A DNA stretch of 64,000 nucleotides, taken from assembly GCA_000708835.1 (NCBI GenBank), contig DF237409.1, positions 1 through 64,000 of the forward strand, written 5' to 3'. The notes beneath the pieces were generated by a model that did no database searches, was not told where the DNA came from, and worked only from the letters and a program-made list of their open reading frames with translations. This DNA comes from Klebsormidium nitens (Eukaryota > Plantae > Klebsormidiophyceae). Shown here in pieces: positions 1 through 12,966 of the stretch (positions are counted from its first letter, which is position 1; each line of letters opens with the position of its first letter). A program made the position numbers and the translations under genes.

Positions 1-222
1 GCGAACCAGCGTATCTTGCTACGAGTGGTTCTAAGCTATTCAAATCTATCGGACGACTCTACGGACTAGTGGTCTTCATCGCTGCCGTCAACGCCTGAAG
101 CCCACTTTACTCTGACACACTCGCGGCGGCCGCGCTAAGTATCACTTCGCGCGCCCACTCGCGGACTAACTGTATTCGTTACCGGTGGTGCTGACCGCTA
201 AGTGGCGGTCACGGGGCACTAG
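1..222 (+). mobile_element. Putative 3' end of a Helitron (rolling-circle transposon)
   Basis: GC-rich hairpin TGACCGC-taagtg-GCGGTCA (192-211), then 7 nt, then CTAG (219-222) followed by T (223). This matches the canonical Helitron 3' terminus (hairpin about 11 nt from a CTRR end, inserted before T). The 5' part lies outside the window. Confidence 0.55.
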
Positions 223-232
223 TACACACCGG

Positions 233-900
233 ATGATATCTTTTGAAGTTTTGCATGATATCATTATTGCTAATTTTGCCTTTTCAAAACCGATGATATA
301 AAAATGATATCCGACACGTCACTCAAACGCTAACAGCCAATCTGTAAGGGGTACATCCACCAAATCCGCGTGGAAATAGTTGTTGTGCCACTATTCGACG
401 TTCCGGAAGCATCGCAATTGAGCCTGCCGGACGGATTATGCGAATGTCGAAGCAGGGTCCAACAGATCGTGTATATTCAGGCGGGAAAAGCGGAGAAAAC
501 CCTCAAAACCACCATATCATTTTCTGAACCATGAAAAGGCCGATTTTGCAATGATATCATATTGCTAGTTTTGAGACCTCGATTTGCGATTGCTATCATT
601 CATCATGCGGTGACCCTGCAGGCTTCATCGTCCCCCCCGTGCGTCAGCCGAACCCCTTTTCGCAATCGGCATTCTGCCAAAGGGCCGGGTGCCGATTTTT
701 GCAAATTTTGGACATCCGGGATGTGCCCGACGTCAGCAGAGACTCGGTCGGTCTGAATAGCCCAAACCGGATGTCGGATGTCAATTTCGAGACCCGGGTG
801 CGCGGTTTGCCTGGGAAACCCCACATCCCGATTTTGGTCTCAATAGGCCTTGAAGGAATCATGATTCCGGAAGATGCCAAAACGTCTGTCCGATTCTGAT
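233..900. repeat. Non-coding, motif-repetitive segment, possibly a degenerate non-autonomous DNA transposon
   Basis: Recurring ATGATAT(C) motifs, a degenerate direct repeat ATGATATCAT(T)ATTGCTA(A/G)TTTTG at ~256 and ~561, and recurring CCGATTTT (~540, ~692, ~829). No credible ORF or exon, and no terminal repeats identified. Confidence 0.3.
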
Positions 901-1504
901 GACACTGACGGTGACTGATCTGCAATTTCCAACTCCATCTAGTTATGAATGTGCAGAATTCAAATGTGCATGCACTTCGGATCATGCTGGTTGAGCAGAT
1001 CATGACATCATAATGGGCGTAAGTGCGCGGCGACTATAGCACAATCAGTGAATGTGCGGGCTTTACTCACTGATGAAACATGTACTATTGCCCCGCATAT
1101 TAACATCATCGACGGTGGTAAGTTCTGCTTAAGAATTGTCCCATTAACGGCGATGGCACCCATGGTCGCGTCATAGGTCATTCGACCTTGAACCCCGGCA
1201 CGAGCTTAGTGCTCGGGCATCCATCTCAAGATATACCAAAGTCTATGTGCTTGTTGGCGGTATGGTAGAGCATATGGGCATATCTCAGGCGGCCTCAAAA
1301 GGTCAATCTGGGAGAGCTGCATTCTGCTAGAAAAAGAGACGTATTTAGAGCAAGGTTGTGCATCATCATTCATCCGTTGACAAACAGCCGCTCGAATGAT
1401 ATGTCATGCATAGAGACGAGTCATGTCAAGCAAAGCAGTGCCCATAACCTGAGGCGATCCTTACGAGCCCTCTGAAACCGAGACTGGCCCAGATCAAGTA
1501 TCAA

Positions 1505-4500
1505 TCATGACTTCCACGTCACACCTTGTGTGACTAGCTTCTCATAAGCGGATGCAAAATCCAGGAAGAATCTATTTTGATCCTCCGCGTAAGTGATCAC
1601 CCACCTGCACGGAAAGAGCTGTATGTAGTCAGACTCCGAAGGACCATGAGTGGAACACCTTTTAAAGTTTACTAGTGGCATGCTTGCGTTCAATTCCTTC
1701 CAAACCCTGATCCTTGAGCCGCAAGTCTCTTAAGCAAATTCGAAAGAGCCCGAACCAAAGATGAAGCCTACAGAACGAAAGTTCACCGAGAAACGGAGGT
1801 GATACAAGCCAAAAAGAAAGACGTGTCCTTCAGCACCGGCAAGACAATCTGCAAGATGCTAAAAGACAAGCTCCAAAGAGAAGAAAGTAGCATGAGAGAG
1901 TCTAGTGCCCGCACTTCAGCTCAGTCTGGAAGGAGCACAGACACGAGAGCGGGTGATGCTTTGAGTTACGGAACTAACAACCAAATGACCGAGAAATTCG
2001 CTACAAGCTACAAAAATCAACACTCACTTTCGGCATTCCTCGTCGTCTGGAAGGGCTCTGTCCGTCTTCAATCCGATCATTTTTGTCATCGCCGTATCTG
2101 TGGAGCGGATGACCGATGAGGTCAGCAATTATTTGCGAGAAACTTAATTAAGCCCTGGAGGACTTCGCGTGACGGTTTATTTTATGACTAACGACAGGTC
2201 TAGACGATCATCGCCGCCCGTCCCCCGAAGACAACTTCTTTTATTCTCAGTTTCTGGACGATAATCTTCGGTCGTCAAAGCAGTGTTTGCGTTCGCTCAT
2301 GTTGACATATGCTCGAAAATGTTCACGATTCAATATGTGGATCCGAGCAACCCGGTTATGGATCCTCAGCCGAGTCACCATCATAGCGCTTTGTAATGGC
2401 ACCAACAATTTGGCTGGAGCAAACAATCCTTCACCAGTCATAGTGAGGTCATTTGGCCTTATGTCCCCAAGCCCAAGCAACTTACTGTCCCTTCGTATTC
2501 GTCGCAGTCAAACGCGGAAGAGAAAAACATAGTGGATGTAGCGAACGATACGAAACAGCAGATGCTATCGTTGCGATAGCGAGTCAGAACTTGCGCTACC
2601 TGCGTGCCACTTAGACGGTGCGCTACTTCTCCTCCAGAAGCCATGCGCAGCTTCGTTTACGACAATCAGTCGAAGACTCTGTGAGGTAAAACATCATGCA
2701 CGCCACTCTTGTCGAGAAGACATCCTCAGCCGCACCTGTTTCCCAGGGTTTGTTCAGCAGTATCTTGTAGTACGAGTTGTCGAACGTCGTGGGATCCCCG
2801 AACCCTTTTCCCCCCAGCGTGTGGGCCCCCGAGAGGGCGATCATTTCCTGCGTGCTGTAGTTTCGACTATGGAAAAACGACTTGAGCGTGGCCGCGTCTA
2901 ATGTTTCGGGGGGCATTTGGTCCTCCGGGTCGGCGGCTCTGTAAACCATTACAAGGAGACGTCTTAGGAAGCTCGAGAACAAGGATATTGAGGGACGAGG
3001 TATGTGTGAACAGTATGAAAAACTAGAGTGGCTTCAAAACGGGTCTCATATGATGGACGGAGCAAAAAAGGCAGTCAGGCATGCAATCTAGTAGGCGTTC
3101 CCGAACAACAGCGCAACCCGGTCTTCAGATTACCGAGTGACATCAGCAGCCTTATTGAGGGTACCCAAACCCGCCTTCATATCCTTTGGCCATTTTTGTA
3201 ATCCACCCCGGAACAAGCTGCGTCTGTTCAACGAACCGTTCAAACACAAAGTCGATTCACCAAACGGACGGCGAGATAGCTAAAACGTCATGACGGATTT
3301 GAGAAGGCTCCACGCCAGAAATGCGATTTCGAAAACACTTCGTGGCTTTAGAGGACTTTAGGGCTTCAGAGGGATTTTGTGGCTTCGTAAAGAACGGGGA
3401 TGCGTGATTCCACACAAACCATCAGGAACGATGGACATTTCTAGCTACATTGACTTACCCTTGGTCCCGCCTGCCTAATCGGACGGGGATGACTGGCCCC
3501 CCAGTCATTGCCACAGCCTCCGCGCCCGCAACCACGATGAGGTCCGCCCAGGAGACGTTGTCACCCAAGGTTGCTTTTACCTTCTCAAGAGGCTGTACGA
3601 ACAAGACAAGATTTTGAATGATTGCAGCTTCGCTTTATAGACTCACCGGAACAAAGTCAAGTTTAGTTCACCCCCTGCAAAGAGGGATTTCTGGAAGCCA
3701 AGTATTGGCTCTTTCTGACCTGTTCCTGTATGTCCGGATTCATAGGATAAACCCACAAGGTCAAAGTACAGAAGTACAAGAGTGAAGATGAGCGAACCCA
3801 GTGCTATCGTAGAACGTTGCGGATCCATATTTCTGGACAGCTTGTGTAAATACGAATCTGAAAAGAATCAAGATTGGAAATGTTCAGGGGATGATTGAAT
3901 AAGAGCCTGGATATTTTCGGGACGAGTGCGTATTCTGCATGCATTGACGATACCATAGACCAAAGGGGTATTCAATGTCCTTGACCACAGCACTTTCCAT
4001 GGTATGCAAATTTTCCGAAGTTAGACGCGGTATGACCTAGAACCTCACCCTAAGAGCACGCTTCAAGCCTTCGCTCTCCGGTCTGTCTAACTCAAAAATG
4101 ATGGACCCATTGGGGCCCCCTGCAAGAAGTTACAACGATCTTTGAGCTTCGCATCACCAACCAAAGACCGCTGTGCATGAGTAGAGTGGACTGAAACATC
4201 TGCATACTTCGCCTGAAGAGGAGGCATGACAGTGGTATCTCTTTAGTTGCTGCAAAGCAGGCTTGATGGCGAAAAATAAAAAGTGCGATACTTCTCACCT
4301 GTTTGTGTGGAGGGGTTGAAAGTGAAGCCATCGTGGAACACTAGTCGCAACACGCCGGGGGCTTTTGCTAAGGTCACCGCCTTCCTGATCTCTTGCTTCA
4401 ACACGTCTAACGCAGGATTGGCTCTGTAGAAAGACATAGTGAAGTCGCGTTAGATAATGTATATAAAGGTGGGGAATGTGGATTCTTTCAGTGACGCTCC

Positions 4501-5372
4501 TTTGAAGCATGATAGGAGAATTGAACTGGTGCTCCAACACAATTGCTTCCGTCCAACTCAAGGTTGACGACATCGAACAATCCAAAACAATCAAGAACAG
4601 TCACGAACAGTTTAAGAGCTTACAAATCGATGGGGGCACATGAGGCTCTGTCTGCTGCAGTCCAAAGTGTGGCAGCAGACACTGCTCCCAAAAGGGCCGC
4701 GCGCCGGCTGATTGGAGGCACGCGCCCCTGCTCCAACTTGTCTGGCTGAGACTCGCCAGGATGATCTGCATCAGGGGGGGAGCCAAATTGCTGAGATGGG
4801 AATGACTGAAACCCATGCAACCCTTTTGAGAAGGTCATAATCGTTGGGGGCCAGTCAGAGGAAACAATTAGGGAAAGGCTGAGAGGTAGCTTCTGCGGTG
4901 GTGGTGGCGTTGCAGCTCATTGCAGCTCTATGAAAGCGCCCATCCAAAGAACTTCATGGTTGAGTTGCGCTTGTCCATAATCAATCAGTGAAAGACCTGG
5001 CTAAGTTCAGGCCAACTGCAAGGAACAGGCAAAATCCCTACAACCTGAGACTGTCTTTGGTGGAAGCAAGGATGACAAGCTTTTGAAAAACGGACAAGAG
5101 GACTCGCCTCTGATCTCTCCAGCGACAACCTTGGGTTCAGACAGCCCCCTCGGCTCCACATCTCGACTCCTCCCCACTGCTTTGATCTGACCGCAACCAC
5201 CACACCTCGTATAACAGACGGGCCTGCGCAGACTATGGCGCCTAAGCAAGTTCGCAAAGGGGAGCAACTCCGCGCGCAAGTCTAAACGGTCTGGTCCGGA
5301 AAGCCCTTCACGGAGCGAGCTCGAAGGTGCACACATAGCCCCATGGCTGAGCTGCAAGCTGGAGGCAGCCAT
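1505..5372 (-). CDS. APX6: Ascorbate peroxidase-related (APX-R/APX6-like) plastid heme peroxidase, spliced
   Basis: Exons: ~5372-5040 (transit-peptide-like MAASSLQLSHG, boundary uncertain), ~4790-4624, 4423-4299 (GVLRLVFHDGFTF), 4119-4049 (GGPNGSIIFELDRPE), 3592-3457 (VSWADLIVVAGAEAV..GGPVIPVRLGR), 2938-2736 (ALSGAHTLGGKGFGDP..FDNSYYKILL), 2097-2028 (MIGLKTDRALPDDEEC), 1604-1505 (FFLDFASAYEKLV..TWKS*). From 4423 onward the phases join in frame. Distal R/F/H, proximal His and the short GGKGFG loop are typical of APX-R. Confidence 0.9.
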
Positions 5373-6284
5373 CGTGTGTGGAAAGAGATTGCCCCGCAGA
5401 GTCCCTGTGGATTCTGGCAGTGGAATTGCGTGTGCATGGAGCTTGGGGTGGCTTGGGGAACCTTTTCTTGTGGCTGGGGCACTTTGAAATCGCTGTACAG
5501 ATATGCTTGAATTGTGATAGGTAACCATGCAATTGGTATACCTTATTATTGTATGTAACCGTACTGCTATTTATTTTCGGCAATAAATAAATAATTATTT
5601 GGCCTGCCGAAAATTTTAGAAAATTCTTTGAGGCGATAATGGTTCGATAATGGTTTTTTTAGCAGGTAGCCATTGCTCAGCCGAAAGGAAAGAAAGTTTC
5701 ATAATTAACTTTTCGGCGTCGAAGGTGCCGAAATCAAATAGCAGTACGGTATCCATGAGCCTTGAGCCTCCTCTCACGCTCGAAGTTCACAGTGACTTTG
5801 GTCTGCCGGGCCTTGCTCATACGGCATGAGGGAAACCCCTTCGGCCAGCTGTGGCCCACCATTCTGTCACTGAATCTTGTTGCCTGAGGCGGGGCGACGT
5901 TTGCTCTGTTGTTGGGACCTATTGACGCCAACTTAAAAGTTTTAAAGGATGTGGCTTTTCATGAGGCATTCGGCATGGCGCAAACATCTGATTGCGTTTG
6001 GACGAGCCTGCAGATGAGAGGATGGGACGAATCCTGCGGGTCAGATCCGTGATCCCGCCTTTGCTGTCCCAGTAATCTGCCAAGGGCTTGCACAATGTCA
6101 AGCGGCTCAGATTGAACTCCTTCAAGATTGATTGAGACGACAACGTCGATATGAGCAGCAGGATTTGTGGTCAAGTCGTGGTTCTTCTTGGCAAGCCCCT
6201 TTAAGGTTTATTTGCCAGCCACTTCTTTGTGAGGCATTTGAGAGGTGCTAAATAGCGGATCAGGCACATTCCTAGTGAGCCGCC

Positions 6285-9200
6285 ATGGACAGAGTACAGC
6301 GGCTGAATCGGGGTGCAGCCGGGGCAGGTAACTATGGGGGCGGGAGCCCAGCCCCAGGCACGGGAGCTCCAGATAGTCCGGGCCGGCCCCCCAGTGCAGG
6401 TGGATTTCGGTGAGGACATTGTCTTGAATGATCCACCATTTGCGGGCTGCATACTTTGGTTTTCTACGATCTTACATTTCGGTCAGCAACCCAAATCCTG
6501 CACCCACTCATTTTGAATGCAAATGCGTCTCGGTTCACTGCTGAGTGCAAGCAGAAGGCATGTCGTCCATAATTTTGAACACGACAGGACAAATGTCTGG
6601 AGCTTGAATCACTGTGCGTTCAGCTCAAGGTGGCTGGTTGGAAACTCTATTTGGATGGTTGGCTGCTTCTTAAAGTGCGGTTGATCTGAGCATCTGAGCT
6701 TCAAAAAACGTGGGTTGCATTGGCAAGGTCAGCACACCACCCCAATCTGTATGTCTACTTAGATCCTGTCAGCTTTTTTCACTTGTGAACATTGGTCCAG
6801 TTGTACTGCGAGGTGTCTTGTGATTCTTGTGGGGTCAGATATTGTGTTTACCGAAGTCTCAGTGGCCAGCTTCATTGGCCATGCTCTTTTGACCCTTCAA
6901 ACAAACCTCTATCGCTCTAAACTGCAGGAAGACACAGGCGAATGCCAAGAAGCAGGCAGCAATGCGGCTGGCGGCTGTTATGGCGAATCAAGCGGGGTCC
7001 CCAGAAGAAGAGGACGATGAGTTCAGCCTCAAGTACGGCATCCCTCCACCGCAGGCCTCTAACAGCCCGCTGACTGCGTACCGTTCTTCTTCCCCACTGG
7101 TAAGCCTCAACCAGTGTTCCGCTGAGAGCTCCCCCCTGCCCTCTTTTGCACCTATTTGTTTGCGAGAAGTTTGTATCACTGAGATTGGAATGCTATAGTC
7201 TGAGTTGGAGTTTCCGAATGCATTAAAAAGGCTGAGGGTCCTGTTGTCATCCCTGTCAGCCTTGTTGATCGATCTCAGGTTGGTCTGTTGCTAGCCGTCA
7301 CTGAGTTTTTCTCTCCAAGTGGTGAGCAGCCTGTGCTGAGATCCAAAACTTTACTATTGCAGGTCGGCATCCGGTCTGCCTCTGTAGGTCCCCGCCTCCA
7401 CTCGGCCCGTGCTCAGCCGCCGCCGCAGGCGCAGCCGCAACAGTCGTCCTCTTCCACCAGCTCGCGCTCCCGGCCCACCCCCATCGCCGTCAAGACCGGC
7501 TCGCGGGAGTCTCTCGAATCGGCGCCCCTTTCAGGTTGGTTTAGCTGGAGGCTCTGCACCTTTTCGCATCAACTTTGATGGAGCTTAGCAGTGACAATGG
7601 AGGTGGGACGAAATTTAGGTAGCACGTCATAGCAAGCGGCCCTAATCTGGAAGCCGGCTGCTGCTGTCTCCAACCGACTTTCCTTCGCCTAGATCATAAT
7701 TCCAAGTTGACCTGAAAACGGTTAAGCCTCTAGACTACTGCAATCTGGTCATGTTATGACAAGCACCCCATCAGTCCGTTTGAATCATTCTGGACCCTCA
7801 GAAGTGTGTCAAGCCGTCAAACAACCACGTCTCGCAAAGAAGCGACAATTGCAACCAAGACTCATGGGTCAGCCCGTGAGCGTCGATCAAGGAGTAAATC
7901 TGAGCATTTCGATTGGACCTCAATCCGCGGCTCCCCTCAATCCAGATGGCGGCGGCAGCGGGAGCTACAGTACGGGGAGTGGCAACTACGGAGGCGGAAG
8001 CGTTACGAGCGCGCCTAGCTACGGACGCCGGCGCTACTCTAACACAGAGCCTGCCGCGGCGATACCCATTGCCAACTCGGTGAAGCAAACCCAGTCGACA
8101 CAGGACAAGAGGGCGGAGGCTGCGCTGGCGGATGAAATCGACCTACTGAGAGAAGAAAACGAGTTCCTGTTGGATAAGCTGAGGTTGACGGAGGAGAAGG
8201 TGAGAGCTGCAGACTTGAAACTGACAACTTATTTGGTGTACCTGCTGGGAAAGGCTTTGACCAGAATCTTCTTGTAGGTTTTGGCCGTTCTTAGCCTTTG
8301 GCAGCGGTTGCTTGCAAGCTTTGTCAAGGAGAAGAAGGCAGACTGCGGTTCGAAGTGCTTTTCCAAAGAGCAACAGGCGCCAATGAAAGAGATTGTCAGG
8401 ATCGTATTGCACTGATCAGAGCCTCACACCCACTTCCTCGCCTGTACCTCGACCTAATCTTATTAAGCTGATTGAGTCGTCATCAGTCGCTTTTTGAACC
8501 TTTGTTTGTGCTGAAACGTCGTTCTTTGAATTGGTCGAATAGACTGGTCGTCAATCTAATACGAGTTGATTCGGGTAGTTTTATGAACGATGTGTAGCTC
8601 TTATCATTCTTTGAGATTTGTGAACCTGAAGACGTTTGGACGTTCCCCTGCAGGCCCTGGAGAACGAGACGCGGGCGCGGGAGCTCGAGAAGCAGGTGGC
8701 CTCTCTGGGGGAAGGCATCTCGCTAGAGGCACGGCTGCTAAGCAGGAAGGAGGCGCAGCTTAAGCAGAAGGAAGCCGCACTCAAGGCGGCGAGCCAGCAG
8801 GTAAGGGCGACTATGCAGGGTTGCGGTATTTATGTGGCAGGCTCTGCGTGTTTAGATGGTTTCATCGGCGTCACTGGTAGACTTCGCATAATCTGAGAAT
8901 TCCCGGTGCAAGGTCGTCAGTGTCGAAACTAAGCTTGTCTGAACACCCCGCGCAATGTGGCCTTGCGCCCTGAGGGCTTAAATGAACCGCCCGTCTATGA
9001 AATCGGGCAGTGGGCATGACAAAGATTGTAAAACGGAACATTCACTTTGCATCCGAGGAGTACTTGCAGGTAGGCAGGCTTCCAACAGCGGTAGTAAGAA
9101 GGCACGCGTTTGCTCTACCGGAGCCCCGAAACAAGGGTCGGAACTCTTCCCTCTACTTCGTTTTCCATCTTTTTAAGTTCAGTTTTTAATATCTTTCTTC

Positions 9201-12200
9201 TCTTCGTCCTGTTCCAGTGCAATTACATCATCGACACCACACACCTCATCGTTATCCTTCGTCTTTGCGTTCTGCAGCACAGCTCCCTGCGTGAGGAAGA
9301 GGTGCAGGCCCTCCAGGCCGAGCTCGAGACCGCCCGCCAAGAGGTCGCCTCCGCCTCCGGCACCGCCTCGGAAGCCCAGGCGGAGGCCAAGGCCCTGCGC
9401 GGCGTCGTTTCCCGCATTGCACTGACGCAGGAAGAGCTGGAGGAGGTGTCGCTCAAGCGGTGCTGGCTGGCGCGTTACTGGGGGCTCGCCGCCAGCCACG
9501 GGGTGCACGCCGAGATCGCGGGCTCGCGCCACGAGCACTGGTTCCAGTTCGCGGCTGCGCCGCTGGAGGTGAGAAGCGGTGCTGACGTCAGCGGATATTG
9601 GATTTATCCGCCGCTCTGATTCGACGTCTTGGCCTGTTGGCGTCATTGAATCGGAGTAGCGTGTGAAAGTTGGTGATAAAAATTCACAAACCTCAGGTGT
9701 TTGCGGGGTCGCAATTTTAATTATCCAGCGCATCACGGCCTTGACCGTGTATCTTCTTTCTAGTCGTCAGATACAGCTGAAAGTTGGGATTCGCCGCTGC
9801 AGCAATTCTTTTGTCAGAAACTTAAGAGTCGCTGCTTTCATCTTTTGCAGTTTGTGCTGGCGGCGGGTCAACAGGCGAAGGAGGGCCTTGAAAGTGAGCC
9901 GGAGGGCGCCGCAGCCAACGGGACGGACGAGAATGGAGCCAGAAGCAGGAGGACGTCCGATGCGGGAGTCAGTGGTAAGTCTGGTCCCAATGGAGTCCTT
10001 CGAGACTGGGGAGTCGTCGCGCAGTCGCAAGTTGCAGGTGCGCTGCTTTGGATAAGCAACGGGTAGTACTGCAACACTAGCACGAAATCGAGCCAGTCTT
10101 CGCGTTGCAAAAGAACTCCTCATAGTAGTAAGAACGGAGCATGAAGCGCTTGGGTTCGTCCGGGAACGTGCTCTTTTGGAGGTCCGCGTCTAAGCCCCTT
10201 GTTCTGGAGATCTGTGTGCTCGTCAAGGTAAGGCTTTGAGTCTTGACTTGTGAGCTTGGTCGGCTCTATACAACGTCAGGAAACTGGGTTTACAACGCTG
10301 CAGTGCCGTCATGATTGCCCTTGCTTCTCACAGGAATCTTGCCTTCTCTCTGTGCAGGAGACGAACCGTCCAAGCACCGCCGGCACCGTTCTTTGGCGGT
10401 GGACATCGGTGCCGACAACAGCATCGAGAGCATGTTGAATGTTGAGAAGGGGTTGCGAGAGCTCGCAGCTCTCAAGGTGTGTTTCATTGACCCTTCCCAC
10501 CCCGGATCTTGGATCGTCTTTTCTGATAGATCAGACCTGACATTCGTTCCAAAGCAGTCCTGTCAGCCGCTTCTCATTTGATTTGTGCCTCTTCTACGTC
10601 GTTTTGAAACGTTGCTTCTCCGTGCTTGGATGTGCAAGAGCGTCCTCGGATATCGAGGGCTTCATCTCCTCGGTTTGCGCGCCGATCGTGCGTTACATAG
10701 TTGATGTCGCCGCTTTCCGCGCTGTTTCGTCCTGCCTTTGGAACACGGCTCGACATAGCGGATGCTGACGTCAGCAACTTTCGCTGACGTCCCAGGTGGA
10801 GGATGCGGTCCTGCTTGCGATGGCGCAACACCGGCGGCCAAGCCTGGTCCGCGTGGGGGGCACTGAGCCGTCGCAAACAGGGAACGGGTCGAAGCTGGTG
10901 GAGAGCATGGGTGAGATTTGAGTTTTAATGGGCATCCTCTCACCGTCGAGTCGAAGCAAGTCTTGTCGAACTTGGTCGGTGAAGGGGTGCTCTTGGAGAC
11001 TAACTGCAGAGAGACAGTACCCATTGTGGTCAGGCAGAAGTATCACTTTGACGGTCTGGCATCAATGTGAATCAGCATCGATATTGGTCCGCCTCAAAGC
11101 CATGGGAGCTCGCCTCCACTGAAATCGGCGACCAGCGTTGCAGAGGGTTTTGAACAGATCAATTGCCGATAGGCACGGACGTAGATATAGTCGGGCATCA
11201 TTTGCTCGTCATTCACTCTTCATTATCTCTTCACAACCAATAGAGGCATCCGCCTACTTCATCCCTTTTGGTCGGACTGTCTCACTACCTCCCAGTTCTT
11301 CGCTTGGAATGGCCGTACCCAATTTCCACGCCGCTGCTCCTTGTGCAGAGCTGAGCGAAGAGGAGGTGGAAGACGTGCAGTTCAAGCAGGCGTGGCTTTG
11401 CTACTTTTGGCGACGTGCGCGTCGAAGGGGCATCGAGAACGTAAGGCTCGCATGCCATCTTACGGCTGTTCTTTAGAAAACGTAATCTTTAACATGGCTA
11501 GAGATGAATACCAGTACAGGCAAGAAGGATGAAAAAGTGGTCGAAACCTGGTCGACCCTCCTGTATCCATTTAGACTTTGCGTCTCCTGCGATCAGGCGG
11601 AGCCTGCCGGACTCCATCCAGTAACTTCGTGGTGCTCTGGTAACCGTGGACTAAAACGAGCTTTTCTGCCTCCTCGAACGCTTCATTTGAACGAGCGCTC
11701 TTGGATATGAGCTTCTCTGTAGCGGTGAGGTTGGTTTTCTGATAACGGAAGGGAGCGCGTTTGGGGAACCGTCGAAGTTGCTCAATCCTTGTCCGGCTTT
11801 GTGCCTGCAGGACATCGCGGATGAACGGCTAAGATATTGGATCAGCCAGTCGTCACACAATCCGGATGCGCACAGCGCTGTTGACGGTAAGATGGTGATG
11901 CCATCCTTGATGTAACAAGACGGACCTCGTTCATTATTTGTCTCCTCTCTACATCATGAACATCTTCGGTGCCCTTCCCTCCAGTTGTCCTGCAGATCAG
12001 AATCGGCGCTCCTGGTCGAAGTCGGTGTTGAGCACCTCTCAATCGTGCAAAACCAGATTGCGAGATGCGCACAGGAGCATTCGTTTCGAATCGTTGAACA
12101 CCACGCATGAAACCAATTGCACTATTCCGTTGCAGTTGAACGGGGCCTGATGGAGGTCCGGCGTTTGGCTATTGAAGAGCAGCTTTGGGCCGCTAGCAGA

Positions 12201-12245
12201 GCCGCCCTGGCCAGTCACCAAGATGATTCCGAAGAAGACAAGTAG
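6285..12245 (+). CDS. SCD2: Coiled-coil protein SCD2 (STOMATAL CYTOKINESIS DEFECTIVE 2)-like, spliced
   Basis: Exons carry SCD2 motifs: ~6928-7099 ([14 protein letters not shown]), ~7362-7532, 7946-8200, ~8655-8800 ([27 protein letters not shown]), ~9277-9570 ([16 protein letters not shown]), ~9860-9975, ~10357-10476 ([20 protein letters not shown]), ~10795-10910, ~11349-11441 ([13 protein letters not shown]), ~11811-11886, ~12136-12245 ([18 protein letters not shown]). The start at 6285 (MDRVQR) is tentative because I could not resolve its splice phase. Confidence 0.88.
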
Positions 12246-12921
12246 GCAAACGCTTGATGTGGTGCCAGATTGAGGGGATCTTCTCTTATGGTTAACTCCT
12301 TCTGTCACATACAAAGCATTTTTGAAGACCTTGAAGTTCCAAACCTACATGCCCGCATCATGTTGGTGGAAGTGGGGCCAAGCCATCCCTAAGTTCGCAC
12401 ATGTTGATAGGGATCATGCAACCGGTGACCTGGTTCCTTGCTGTGGGGCGCTATACTGCCTTGTTCATGGGGTTGAAAGTGTTGAAAAGACTCTTCTGAA
12501 GAGCATGGCGTATGGACTCTTGGCACCGACGGAAGTTCAACCTTTAGAATGTCTCGAACACAGAGATGTCGATGCCCGTTGATTGATGCATCCAATGGAT
12601 TGTTGTTGATGCTCATGTATTGGCTTGCAATAGTCACCGCAATATACACACATGGTGACATGCGTTGAGAAGCCCCTGAACGTTCAGAGAAGCAGAAAAG
12701 CGGAAAATGTAGAACGATCTGATCATCTCATGGCGCGAGTGCACGTATACGATTGTCGATTATGAATCAAAAGTCAGAAGTTTTTGTCACCATGACACGC
12801 GCCGTGATCGACATGAAAGTTTATCATGTTGCCGATGAAAAGTTGAAGACGACATATTGACCCAGACGTACGTTGTGATGTGCCCCATCTTTTCCTGATC
12901 CTATATACCAGACATTCTAAG

Positions 12922-12966
12922 CAATAACAATAACAATAACAATAACAATGACAATAACAATAACAA
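12922..12966. repeat. (CAATAA)n hexanucleotide microsatellite, about 7.5 units with one variant
   Basis: Read directly from the sequence; intergenic between SCD2 and HSP70. Confidence 0.9.

Noticed and set aside
5734-6174. Short minus-strand ORFs between APX-R and SCD2
   Set aside because: No recognisable motif or consistent exon structure; probably promoter or UTR.
9179-9736. 185-aa minus-strand ORF
   Set aside because: Antisense shadow of a GC-rich SCD2 exon.
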